Under the pieces are notes generated by a model, which saw only the letters and a list, made by a program, of their open reading frames with translations, was not told the origin of the DNA and ran no database searches. The position numbers and the translations under genes were made by a program. A stretch of DNA of 52,933 bases. Source: Malacoraja senta. Its lineage: Eukaryota. Shown here piece by piece: positions 11,890-23,880 of this stretch (positions are counted from its first letter, which is position 1; every line of letters starts with the position of its first letter). The stretch covers positions 310,001 through 362,933 of the forward strand of contig JAXLNO010002386.1 of assembly GCA_038087875.1 (NCBI GenBank). Direction: 5' to 3'.

Positions 11890-11922
11890 GCAACGTTTCG
11901 GGCCGAAACCCTTCTTCAGACT
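11890..11922 (-). ncRNA. Minimal type I hammerhead ribozyme in a solo PLE pLTR fragment (about 11828-11922)
   Basis: - strand agtCUGAAGAAGGGUUUCGGCCCGAAACGUUgc, with the same core as 5462-5496. Confidence 0.72.
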
Positions 11923-12178
11923 ATATTTAGCTTAGTTTAATTTATTATTAATGTCATGTGTACTGTTTTGCAGTGAAAATGTTTCTTGTGTGCTGTCCAG
12001 TCAGTGAAAAGACTACATTACAATGAAGCCGTTCACAATCTATAGATACAGGGTAAATGATATCATGTTTAGTGCAATGTAAATCCAATTGGTGTTTTGC
12101 CAATTTCCCTCCAAACCTTTCCTATCCATAGAAATGTCTATTACTTGAGAATAATTGTATTATTTTATTTGTGTCTAG

Positions 12179-12439
12179 GGCCTCACACACTGATCTATTA
12201 CTACACCCTGAACCACGGGAATACTCATCTACCAGAATATAGTGTCGTGGGTGTTCTGGACGGTTGTGAGATACAGTATTATGACAAAAACATGGTCATT
12301 ACAGTTCCAAGACAGAAATGGATGGCGGCTGCATTTGACAGGAATTACTGGGTAACAAATACAGTCTCTGAAACTGGTTTCCATGGAATCATCAAAGGGC
12401 AAGTCGATGAATGGATGCGGAGGCAGAACGAAACAGCAA
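12179..12439 (+). CDS. MHC class I-like alpha chain, alpha1-domain exon (261 bp, phase 1/1)
   Basis: Acceptor ttgtgtctAG at 12177-78 and donor GTTAGT at 12440. Translation GPHTLIYYYT...GVLDG...PRQKWM...NYW...RRQNET matches the class I alpha1 pattern (H3, Y7, G26, D29, P47-R48, W51, Y59-W60, R84, N86 sequon). Confidence 0.95.
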
Positions 12440-14570
12440 GTTAGTTCATTCATTTCAATACATTTGGAGTGTGATCAATGTTCATAAAAAACATCTCGAA
12501 GAAATACCTCGCTGTGCCAGAGACCCAGGTTTGATCCTGACTACACGTTCTCCCTGTGACCACAGATATTTCCTCCAGGTGCTCCGGTTTCGTCCCATAT
12601 CTTGAAAACGAGAGAGTTTGTAGGTTAATTGGGCTCTGTAAATTACTCTTGTGTGCTGAGAATGGGTGAGAAAGTGGGATTACATAGATGTGTAGGAAGG
12701 AACTGAAGATGCTGGTTTACAGCAAAGATAGGCACAATGTGCTGGAGTAACTCAGCGGGACAGGCAGCATCTCTGGATACAAGGAATGGATGACTTTTCA
12801 GGTCAAGACCCTTCCTCAGAGTTTCCCCTGACTTACTCCAGCATTTTGTGTCCATTTTGGGATAACATAGAACTAGTTTGAAAGATGATCGATGGTTGGC
12901 ATGGAATTGGTGGGCAGAATGGCCCGTTTCCATGCTAAGTCACTAACCTAAGAACTGCAGATGCTGCAAATGTGAAATAAAAACCAAAAATGCCATTGTC
13001 TGATGGCTTAATTGTCAGTTTATCACCAATGAAACCTGTCATTACCTTATCAGTGATACCCGCTATGTCCAACCATGCCTCCCACTCCTGTCTGTAACTT
13101 ACACATTCTCACAATTCTGAAGCATTAATTTTGTTTCTCTTTCCATAGGTTCTGTTGAACTTGCTGTGCTTCCAGCATTTTACAAATCATTGAAATGTTG
13201 GTGGCTTTTTGAATGGTTAAAATCCCTTGCGTACCTCACCAATTGTTTTTACTTTTATTGACAAATTTTGAAAGAAAAGTAGTGTGAAATATTTAAAGGG
13301 TAAACTAAATGGCATTGTGGTTCAGCCGTAGTGATGCTGCCGTAGTGCCAGAGACCCAGGGTTGATCCTGGCCTCAGGTGCTGTCTGTACATAGTTTGTA
13401 CGTACTCCCCGTGACCTGCGTGGGCTTTCCCCGGATGCTCCGGTTTCCTCCCACACTCCAAGCCTGTATGCCAAAGGGGATCACTGGTCACTGTGGACTC
13501 TAAGGGCTGTTTTCGTGCTATATCTCTAAATTATCTTGGGCACCAATTGTAAAGTAAGCTGTCCAAATCCGTCTGCACCACACTTGTATATCCATATAAT
13601 TTGCAATTGGACTTGTTTTATATTGTAAATCAATAAGTCCTATCACCATTACTGTGTAAATTCAATGACATTCGTAGTGTACCATTGAACAAAGCAGGAC
13701 TAGACGTGGGGGGGACCATGGTGAGGTGGGGGGGGGGAACAAAGGAGGACCTGGTGTGGGAGACTTTATAACTTTGTGCCCTTTATGTGAAGAATCTTGA
13801 CATACGTTGGATTTACAAAACAAAGAATTTCACTGTGACTTGTCACATGTCACAATAAAGTATCATTCATTCATGATTAATCATTTCTGAAAACATTGCT
13901 TTTTGTTACCTCTTTGGTTACACATTAAACAAATTATATTATTAATCTTTAACTGGACTAAAACAGGGTGAGGGTACAAACAGGGAACAATACATCAAAA
14001 TATTATGCACTGGGCATAATTTCTATCAATTTTCCACATCTTGCAATATTTATTATTATTTTCAAATTATATGTGAATACATGTGAATGACGTTTATTAG
14101 ATTATCATCAGATTCATTGAACCATGTTTATTGAATCATATTGCCTTCAAAAATGTTTTTTATATTTGCATTATTTATGGTGCACATATTATCTGCAACA
14201 TTGTTATGTTTATGAGATTTATGAGCATATTGTCGGGGCTCAAGGGTGGGAACAAGAGGGAGAGATTGGGCAAGCCAGGGCTTTATTCCATGGAGCACAG
14301 GAGGCTGAGGGGTGATCATATAGGGGTGCTTAAAATCATGAGGGGAATTGATAGACTGTATGCCCAGAGCCTTTTACCCAGAGAAGGGGAATCAAATAAC
14401 CAGAGGACATGGGTTTAATGTGAGAGGGGGAAGATTTAATTGGAACTTGGGACAATCTTTGTGCTCAGAGAGTGGTCAGCATATGGAATGACCTGCCAGA
14501 GAATGGAGTTGCGGCAGGTACAATAACAATATTTAAAAGACACATGGACAGGGACATGCATAGGTAGATA

Positions 14571-15045
14571 AAAGTGCTGGAGAAACTCAGCGGGTGAGGC
14601 AGCATCTATGGAGTGGAGGAAATAGGCAACGTTTTGGGCCAAAAACCCTTCTTCAGACATGTGAGGGTGGGGGGAGTGGGGCCGGGGGGGGGGGGGGGGC
14701 AGGAAGAAGAAAGGAAGAGGTGGAGCCAGTGGGCTGAGGGAGAGCTGAGAAGGGGAGGAGAAATTAATGACTACCTGAAATTTGGGAAGTCAATGTTCAT
14801 ACCGCTGGGGTGCAAACTGCCCAAGCGAAATATGAGGTGCTGCTCCTCCAATTTACGGTGGTCCTCACTCTGGCCATGGAGGAGGCCGAGGGCAGAAAGT
14901 CGGATTTGGAAAGGGAGGGGGGAGTTGAAGTGCTGATCCACCGGGAGATCAGGTTGGTTGTTGCGAACCGAGCGGAGGCGTTCGGCGAAACGATCGCCAA
15001 GCCTGCGCTTGGTCTCACCGATGTAGAGCAGCTGACATCTAGAGA
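14571..15045 (-). mobile_element. Penelope-like fragment (frameshifted GIY-YIG 3' part plus pLTR)
   Basis: Closely similar to 5410-5890. Hammerhead core has GAAA changed to AAAA. Confidence 0.85.
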
Positions 15046-15951
15046 GAAACGTTTTGAATGATGTCTACCCATTGCAGGGTAAATGGGACTAGCTTAAATG
15101 GGGTATCTTGATTAGCTTGGACAAGTTGGGCCAAAGGGCTTGTTTCCCTGCTGTGTGACTCTCTATGACTGCTTTATAGCAAAGAGCGCTGCTGTCTCAC
15201 AGCTCCAGTGACCCGGGTTCAATCATCTCCAGTGCAGTCTGTGTGGAGTATAAGCATTCTCCCTGTGACAATGTTTGTTCTCCAGTTTCCTCCCACATAC
15301 CAAAATGTGCTGAATTAGTAGATTAAGCCACCGCTGCAAATAGGTGGATTTGTGGCATTGATAGAAATGAGAAAGAACCGTTTTGGGGAAAATTATTGTT
15401 GGAATAATTTTGTTCTCTGGGCTAGAGTGGGCTCAGGAGGCTGAAAGGCCTCTTTCTCTGTCACATGGAATTATGGGCAGTTATTTATCCTTGAATTGCC
15501 TTCTTTCTCATTTTAGTCAACAATGTAAAATTGAAGTAATTGACTGGATTGAACTATTTAACAATTGTAGATGAAAGGAAGAGCAGCGGCTGCTTTCCTC
15601 CACACACAAAGTGCTAAGGAACTCAACGGGTCAAGCGGCATCTTTGGAGAACATGGGAAGGCAGATATTTCGGGTGAGGATCCTACTTCAGACTGAAGTT
15701 GGGTCACGTTACAACATGCTTTGTACTCACACTCGCAGTCCAGTGTTAGTTTTCAAGTTATTTTTGTTATTCACAGCTTGTAGTTGTTACATATTCAGCA
15801 GAGAGAAGATGAGACAAACTAAAGCACCTGCAAAACACAACTAAAAGACCGCAGAAAGAAGCTTGAAAAGAAGGCTTATCTAAACAACGTACTTTCAAGA
15901 GAATTAGATTTAGCTCTTAAGGCTAAAGGAATCAAGGGATATGGGGGAAAA

Positions 15952-17770
15952 GATTAGTTAAAACAAATGTAGGTCCCTTGCAGTCAGAAACAGGTGAATT
16001 GATCATGGGGAACAAGGACATGGCAGACCAATTGAATAACTACTTTGGTTCTGTCTTCACTAAGGAAGACTTAATTAACTGCCGGAAATAGCAGGGGGCC
16101 GGGGGTCTAATGAGATGGAGGAACTGAGTGAAATCCAGGTTAGCCGGGAAGTGGTGTTAGGTAAATTGAATGGATTAAAGGCTGATAAATACCCAGGGCC
16201 AGATAGGCTGCATCCCAGAGTACTTAAGGAAGTAGCCCCAGAAATAGTGGATGCATTAGTGATAATTTTTCAAAACTCTTTAGATTCTGGAGTAGTTCCT
16301 GAGGATTGGAGGGTAGCTAATGTAACCCCACTTTTTAAAAAGGGAGGGAGAGAGAAAACGGTGAATTACAGACCAGTTAGTCTAACGTCAGTAGTGGGGA
16401 AACTGCTAGAGTCATTTATTAAAGATGGGATAGCAGCACATTTGGAAAGTGGTGAAATCATTGGACAAAGTCAGCATGGATTTACGAAAGGTAAATCATG
16501 TCTGACGAATCTTATAGAATTTTTCGAGGGTGAAACTAGTAGAGTGGATAAGGGAGAACCAGTGGATGTGTTATATCTGGACTTTCAGAAGACTTTCGAC
16601 AAGGTCCCACATAAGAGATTAATATACAAACTTAAAGCACACGGTTATGGGGGTTCAGTATTGATGTGGATAGAGAACTGGCTGGCAGACAGGAAGCAAA
16701 GAGTAGGAGTAAACTGGTCCTTTTCAGAATGCCAGGCAGTGACTAGTGGGGTACCGCAAGGCTCAGTGCTGGGACCCCAGCTATTTACAATATATATTAA
16801 TGATTTGGACGAGGGAATTGAATGCAACATCTCCAAGTTTGCGGATTACACGAAGCTGGGGGGCAGTGTTAGCTGTGAGGAGGGTGCTAGGAGGCTGCAA
16901 GGTGACTTGGATAGGCTGGGTGAGTGGGCAAATGCATGGCAGGTGCAGTATAATGTGGATAAATGTGTGGTTATCCACTTTGGTGGCAAAAACAGGAAAG
17001 TAGACTATTGCCTGAATGGTGGCCGATTAGGAAAAGGGGAGATGCAACGAGACCTGGCTGTCATGGTACACCAGTCATTGAAAGTAGGCATGCAGGTGCA
17101 GCAGGCAGTGAAGAAAGCGAATGGTATGTTAGCATTCATAGCAAAAGGATTTGAGTATAGGAGCAGGGAGGTTCTACTGCAGTTGTTCAGGGTCTTGGTG
17201 AGACCACACCTGGAGTATTGCCTACAGTTTTGGTCTCCTAATCTGAGGAAGGACATTCTTGCCATAGAGGGAGTACAGATAAGGTTCACCAGACTGATTC
17301 CTGGGATGTCAGGACTTTCATATGAAGAAAGACTGGATAGACTCGGCTTGTACTCGCTAGAATTTAGAAGATTGAGGGGGGATCTTATAGAAACTTACAA
17401 AATTCTTAAGGGGTTGGACAGGCTAGATGCAGGAAGATTGTTCCCGATGTTGGGGAAGTCCAGAACAAGGGGTCACAGTTTAAGGATAAAGGGGAAATCT
17501 TTTAGGACTGAGATGAGAAAAACATTATTTACACAGAGTGGTGATTCTCTGGAATTCTCTGCCACAGAATGTAGTTGAGGCCCGTTCATTGGCTATATTT
17601 AAGAGGGAGTTAGATGTGGCCCTTGTGGCTAAAGGGATCAGGGGATATGGAGAGAAGGGGGTACAGGATACTGAGTTGGATGATCAGTCATGATCATATT
17701 GAATGGCGGTGCAGGCTCGAAGGGCCGATTGGCCTACTCCTGCACCTATTTTCTGTGTGTCTATGTTTCT
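15952..17770 (+). mobile_element. 5'-truncated CR1 LINE (RT domain, ORF 16115-17578, mutated)
   Basis: NYRPVSL, QHGF, LYLDFQK.FDKVPH, GVPQGSVLGP, FADY (FADD mutated), CR1 3' end with CTATGT tail. Same family as 36738-40557. Confidence 0.95.
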
Positions 17771-18361
17771 AAATGCAGGAATGGGGTACTGATTCTAGAT
17801 GCAAGCATGATCATATTGAATGGCGGTGCTGGCTCAAATGGCTGAATGGCCTACTCTTGTGCCTATTTTTCTATCTTTATATAATTAGTATACATTCGGC
17901 TATTTGTGGTGTTTCTTGAAAACACGAATACGAGAGAATGTAAAGGATCTGCAGAACAACTAAGAGACTGCAGAAAGCAGCTTGAAAAGAAGGCTCTTCA
18001 TCTATAAAACATAATTATGTTTTATTCAGCTATCATTGTTTGTAGAGTTTCTTATTGGAATGAAAACTTCATCCAAGTTTTGACCCTTCCTTATTACTCC
18101 TGGTCCCAGGGGCATGGTTGGCATTAGCTCATTACCTTCATCCTAATAAAGGGTTGTTGTTCACAGTTGTGCCTAGGTTTTTATCAATTATAACCTTGAT
18201 TTCACAAACTGTTCTTTGTCTCTGGGCTAAAGTTCACAGACTCTCCTTTTCAAGGAGTGAGCAGTTTTAAGCAAACTGACTTCAGCAAATCCTTACGAAT
18301 TCCATCACCCCCCCACTTTGATTCATCAATCAATGCTAGAGGGAATTAATCATCTAAGTAA

Positions 18362-19042
18362 AGGGGCCTGTCCCACTTACGTGTCCTTGCACGCATATTA
18401 CGCGTTGAGCCGCGATGGTCCGGAGAAGGTCGCGCGCGATTACATGCGTACGTACAGCCGTCTGGAGCGCGTGACGTCATTTGAAGATGGACACAAAGCT
18501 GGAGTAACTCAGCGGGATCGGCAGCATCTCTGGAGAGAAGCAATGGGTGATGTTTCATGTCGAGACTCTTCTTCAGTCTGAAAAGAAGGGTCTTGACCCG
18601 AAACATCAACCATTGCTTCTCTCCAGAGATGCTGCTGGTCCCGCTGAATTACTCCTGCATTTCGTGACTATCTTCAATTTTCTTGGCCCCTCTCTGGGAG
18701 TAGAAGTGGGGGCGGATCCGGACTGCAACGGCCGTGAGCCCCAGGCCGAGTTCGGCGATCGTTCGCCTGCTTCTGCTCCTGTTGAAAGTGAGACTTTGCG
18801 TCGCGCCAGGGTCTTGGGCCTGTCCCACTTTGGCCGTCAGTTCCGCGACAGGCCGTTGGCGCGCGAAGATTTCATTCACTACAAAATTATTGGAGCCCCG
18901 CGCGATGTCGCGCACAACTACATAACCCTCCGCGCTTCTCAGTGAGACCGGTCCCGCGCGGCCATACGATGCCCGTGAGCCTCAACGCCACCACGAGGTC
19001 GCATAATTTGTGTGCCAAGGACACGTAAGTGGGATCGGCCCT
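18362..19042. mobile_element. MITE with ~30-bp TIRs (AGGGGCCTGTCCCACTTACGTGTCCTTG / CAAGGACACGTAAGTGGGATCGGCCCT), Kolobok-like
   Basis: Terminal inverted repeats are directly visible and the flanks are TAA-containing (degenerate TTAA). CpG-rich body. Confidence 0.75.
18481..18667. repeat. 187-bp palindrome of two back-to-back PLE pLTR/hammerhead units inside the MITE
   Basis: TTGAAGATGGACACAAAGCTGGAGTAACTCAGCGGG... pairs with ...CCCGCTGAATTACTCCTGCATTTCGTGACTATCTTCAA, centred near 18577. Confidence 0.88.
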
Positions 19043-19767
19043 TAAAAATACCAAGGAAGGGTAGCGCAGCTACACATCACTGGATATCCTTAACCTGTTC
19101 AATGCCACCGCCGAGTACACTAGGGATCATGGCCAATAGTGAAAAATAAACTTGGCAGTGAACAGCTTAATGGTCTCCATATTTTATAGAAATATGGAGC
19201 CTTCAATGCCCATGAGGGGTGACCTTATTATATCTATGTTTCTCTAAATATAGATATTTGTGGTAAAAGATGGGGCAGCTCGGGCCTCGAAAAGATCCAA
19301 CCTTATGTGCAGCTTTACATTTGTTTATATGCAATAAGCAAAAAGAACACAATAGAAGATAAAACATGATAATAACTATAAGCAAAGCCAAGAGATCGTG
19401 GCCTTACACGAGTTGCTGCCTTGCAGCACCAGAGACCCGGGTTTGAACCCGACTACGAGTGGTGACTGTACGGAGTTTGCATGTTCTCCCCGTAACCTGT
19501 GTGGCTTTTCTCTGAGATGTAGGTAAATTGGCTTGGTGTAATTGTAAATTGTCCCTAGTGTGAGCTGAAGGGCCTGTTTCAGCACTGTATCTCCAAAGCA
19601 GTGGTTCTTAACCTGGGGGTCATGACCCCCATGGGGGCCGTTTGGGGTTTTTTCGGGGGTCATGAAGGGGTTGTAAAGAACATCAATTTGTTGAGCCTAT
19701 TTTTAGGAACCTAACAAAGGTACATACCACACACAGTATTTTGTTCACGTATGCGCTTACATATACA

Positions 19768-21030
19768 TAGGGCCTATGAGAGGGGGGGGTGCAGGGGGTA
19801 CAGGGGGTACATCGTACCCGGGCCCAGAGTCCAATAGGAGCCCTGGAGCTGAAGGAGGGGGGGTGGGAATTTCGTGAAATCTCAGAAAATGTTTACATAT
19901 ATTTTGTGAAGACTAGCATTCACATTTTGTGCCTTCAGAGTTTTATATATCGTAATTCGTAGAAATTGTGATCCGTAATAAAGCAGGGAATTTTAACTGG
20001 CGGGTGTGTGGTCGGGGTAACCTGATTAAAAGAGGGGGAAGGGGAAGACCCATCACTACTGATGGATCTTCCCTGTAGGAGGGCGCGGGGGTGGAGCACT
20101 ATGACCCAGCAGAGTCATCACTACTGATGGATCTTCTTTGTAGGAGGGGGGAGAGCACTAGGACCCAGCAGAGTCATCACTATTGATGGGTCTTCCCTGT
20201 AGGATAGAGAGGGGGGAGAGCACTAGGACCCAGCAGAGTCATCACTATTGATGTATCTTCCCTGTAGGAGGAGGGAGAGCACTAGGACCCAACAGAGTCA
20301 TCACTACTGATGGATCTTTCCTGTAGGAGGGGGGAGAGCACTAGGACCCAGCAGAGTCATCACTATTGATGGGTCTTCCCTGTAGGAGGGAGGGGGGGAG
20401 CACTAGGAGCCAGCAATCAGACCATGTGCTGTCTGCATGGTTTAGGTTGTGGGCCTGGTGCTATGCTGGGAACTCTGGTGAGGTGAAGGCTCTGGCCCGC
20501 TGGTGGCAGGTGGAGAGGCGAGGGTCGGCAGAGTCGCTGGTGGAGGCCCGTGGGGAGCTGGAGTAGAGATATAGGCAGCAGCATCATTGGCTTTCTGAAG
20601 ACAGTGAAGGTCGGCGACAGTGACTGCGGTGGCCTCGCCCGGGGAGGTGGTGAGAGTCAGGAGCCGCGGCTGTTTCAGTGGTCCGGACCTGGGTTTGGAT
20701 CAGTATGTGGGTGAGGGTGTGTGGGTGTGTGTGGATGTGTGTGGGTGTATGTGAGTAGGTGAGTGAGTGTATGTGTGTGTTAGTGGGAGGGTGAATTTTA
20801 TAAATGAAGTTAAAACCATTAGATCTGTTGAACTTGTTAACAGACTATTGACTTGGTAACCTGTTTCCAAATGTTTGTGTTAGCTTCAGAATACTATTAA
20901 CAATTCCAGCAACAGTAGCTTCTGCAGAGAGGTCATTTAGCAAACTCAAGCTGATTAAGAATTATTTAAGGTCGACAATGTCTCATGAACGTCTTGTGGA
21001 TTTGGCCAGGCTAAGTATTCAAAGTCAGTT
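19768..21030 (+). mobile_element. Internally deleted second hAT element (Tip100/ZMYM1-like), nested in the Charlie
   Basis: 20861-21025 translates LFPNVCVSFRILLTIPATVASAERSFSKLKLIKNYLRSTMSHERL (hAT dimerisation domain). 19983-20480 is homologous to 52765-52933. Confidence 0.75.
20051..20415. repeat. Minisatellite, six 59-65-bp units CATCACTAYTGATGGRTCTTCCCTGTAGGAGG(G)nAGAGCACTAGGACCCAGCAGAGT
   Basis: Unit starts at 20051, 20116, 20175, 20240, 20299 and 20358. Confidence 0.92.
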
Positions 21031-21530
21031 TTATTCATCACATACACACGAAGGTGCAGTGAAATGAATTTGCCAGCAGTGATACACGTAAAAAGAACAC
21101 ACAATACACAATAAAATTGAACACAAACATCCACTACAGCATTCTTCACTGTGGTGGAAGGCAACACGTTTCAGCCAGTCCTCCTCCTTTGTTCACCCGT
21201 GTTCGAGGCCATAACCCCTCCGTAGTCGCATCTAGGGACGGACCGATGTACAAGGCACTCTCGTCGGGATGATCCAAACTCCGACGTTGGGACGGACAAA
21301 CACACTCTGCGGCTTGGAGGTCCCGACTCGGCACTTTCCTACTGGAGACCGCAGCTTCAGGATCTTATAGGCCGCAGGCCAGCGGTTCGAGCTCGTCTCT
21401 GGTGATCCCCAGCAAGGGATCCCAGACTCCGGATGGTAAGTCCATGCCACGCCCGCGGCTAGAAGCTCCGCAGACCACAGCTCCACGGTGTCAACGTATT
21501 GAATCAATAGTATCGAATCAAACATTGCCA
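21020..21530 (-). mobile_element. Non-autonomous retroelement with GC-rich body and Rex1/L2-type tail
   Basis: - strand ends ...CATTTCACTGCACC..GTGTATGTGATGAATAAAACTGACT. Related architecture at 24085-24770. Confidence 0.6.
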
Positions 21531-22115
21531 GAACAATACATTTTCATGCTGTGATTTGACATTTTTCACAAAAAAAGGCCAGCAAAGCTCTTTATATAAA
21601 GTAAATTTATATAATAAAAGTAAAACTTTTACTTTTTACTAATAATTATGTCTTTTGATGATATGATCTGCATTGAAACATAATAGGATGTTTCAATGTG
21701 AATTCTTTCTCCTTATCTGTATTGTAGCATAAACAAAGATGTTCAAAACAAAGCTAGATAAAATGCTGGAGAAACTCAACGGGTGAGGCAGCATCTATAG
21801 AGTGAAGGAAAACAAATGTGCTTTCTGATCCTTTTATGTTATTTATACTTATTTATATTTATCATGGAGGGTGTATAGGGGCATAAGGCCTCAAATGCAG
21901 AAAATCAACAGAGCGCCCCATTCCACCCCTCTCTCATCTTCCATACCCCTTTTTGCCGTGCAGGCTACAGCTCATGGCATAAAACTGTAGCATAGCGGAT
22001 AAAAACAGGATGACTAATGGAGAAGGGAAGGGGGCCCAAAAGAAACTTTGTACCCACTGATAAAATTCCTCTGAGGCCCTGCGTATACACGCACAAACAG
22101 TGTGTGTTGTGAACC

Positions 22116-23880
22116 ATGTCTTCCAAGACGCGCACGTATAGTGAAACATTTCTCAAGTTGGGCTTCACAAGCATTGTTCAAAATCCGTGGTCAAGCCGCG
22201 ATGTGTTCTCTGTGCCAAGGTTTAGAGTCACGAGAGCATGAAGCCCAGCAAACTGAAGATCCATTTGGAGTCTTGTCACAGTAACCTGGCGAAAAAGAGC
22301 GTGGACTATTTCAAACGAAAAGAAGCCGTACTCAAGGGTTCTCGCATTTATTCAACGGGTCACTGCGCTCATCAAAATGAAGCAGCGTTGGAGGCTTCAT
22401 ACCAGATTGCTTATCGAATCGCACAGACTAAGAAACCTCACACCATCGGTGAAGAGCTTATCAAGCCACGCCTTCTCGAAACAGCGAAATTGGTGCTGGG
22501 GAAGAGCAGTCAAACAAGTTCAGGCAGATTTCCATTTTGAATTAAACAGTTAAAAGTTGAATCTCGGATATGAGTAATGATATTCTGCTGCAAGTAGTGA
22601 GGGCTGTGACGAGCAATCCAGTGTATTCACTGCAACTGGGCGAGTCAACAGATGTTGCCTCATGTTCCCAACTGCTAGTCTACGTTCGCTACCTCAATGG
22701 AGAAGTACCTGTTCTCGGAGCCATTGGCTACTGCCACTCGGTGAGAAGATGTGTTCAGAATGCTGGAATCCTTCCTCATCAAACATGAGCTTGGCTGGGA
22801 ATGCCTTGTCAGGATGTGTACAGTTGGGGCACCTTCCATGGTCGGTTGCAGATCCGGTTTCCAAGCCTTCATGAATGATGTCGCTCCACATGTCTCCTTC
22901 CCCCACTGCATGATACATCGCCTTGCTTTAGCGATGAAGACTCTCCCTCTTGGTCTTCTAGAAGTGTTTTCAGGTGTGGTGAAGATTGTGAACCACATCC
23001 GACAGAGCGCAACAAACTCAAGAATCTTCAAAGCGATGTGTGAAGAAATGGGCGCCGATTTCACTATTCTGTTATTCCACACAGAGGTGCGCTGGCTTTT
23101 GCGTGGTAAAGTTCTCAATCATGTGATTCAACGTTGAGAGGAAATAGCGTTCTTGGAGAGAAGGGGTACTGAGAAGGAGAATCAGCTTCATGAAAAGATG
23201 CAGGTTGAACTGTTCGTGATGAAGGTTGCTTACTTGGCTGACTTCTTCGCTGAGGTGAATTCCTTGAACCTGTCACTTCAAGGAAACATCCCAATGCTAC
23301 ACACGGCTCGTGACAAAGTGGCAGCATTCAGGAGGAACCTTTACCAGAGAAGAGTCCAGGATGGTGACACGGCTATCTTCCCTGAGATGATGACTCTCCT
23401 GGATGCTACGCCTGATGCTGAATGCCACTTCCACGAGGAGATCTCAACCCACCTTCCGGCAATTAGTGAAGCCATCGAACGTTACTTCCCCGGACTGGAC
23501 GACCGCTCTCGTGATCAGTGGATCATCCGACCCTTTTCCGTTGAAGACGGTGGCATCAGTGATACTGACGTGACTGCGAAGGTTGAATTTTACCGAATTC
23601 GTGAAGATGCGCAGCTCAAGAGTGACTTCATGGAAAAGAGCTCGCCACGTTTTGGCTGAAAGTGAAGGACTGTCCTGCTCTTTCGAAGAGGGCCCTGACC
23701 CTATTGGTCCAGTCCCCCTCAACCTCTCACCGTGAGGGTGGATTCTCAACTATGGTAACTCTGAAAACGAAGGTACACAATAGGCTTGTGATCGACACTG
23801 ACATGAGATGCTGCAAGTCGAGCATTCGTGCTCGTTTTGATTGCCTGATGACTGCGAAGCAATTTCAGCCATCCCATTGA
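22116..23880 (+). pseudogene. Frameshifted Charlie/Buster (ZBED5/SCAND3-like) transposase
   Basis: MSSKTRTYSETFLKLGFT, MKPSKLKIHL, QL.ESTDV..CSQLLVYVRY, HCMIHRLAL, HTEVRWL.RGKVL, AYLADFF..NSLNLSLQG, FS.MVTLKTK..NRL. Split over several frames. Confidence 0.92.

Noticed and set aside
12097-12178. Hydrophobic in-frame stretch (YYLRIIVLFYLCLG) before alpha1 as an unspliced signal peptide
   Set aside because: The frame starts at TTG and the nearby ATG is out of frame. T-rich intron ends commonly translate as hydrophobic residues, and a normal phase-1 acceptor is present.
20051-20415. CRISPR-like appearance of this array and the 48-bp array at 2829
   Set aside because: The units are contiguous with no unique spacers, there are no cas genes, and the context is eukaryotic.
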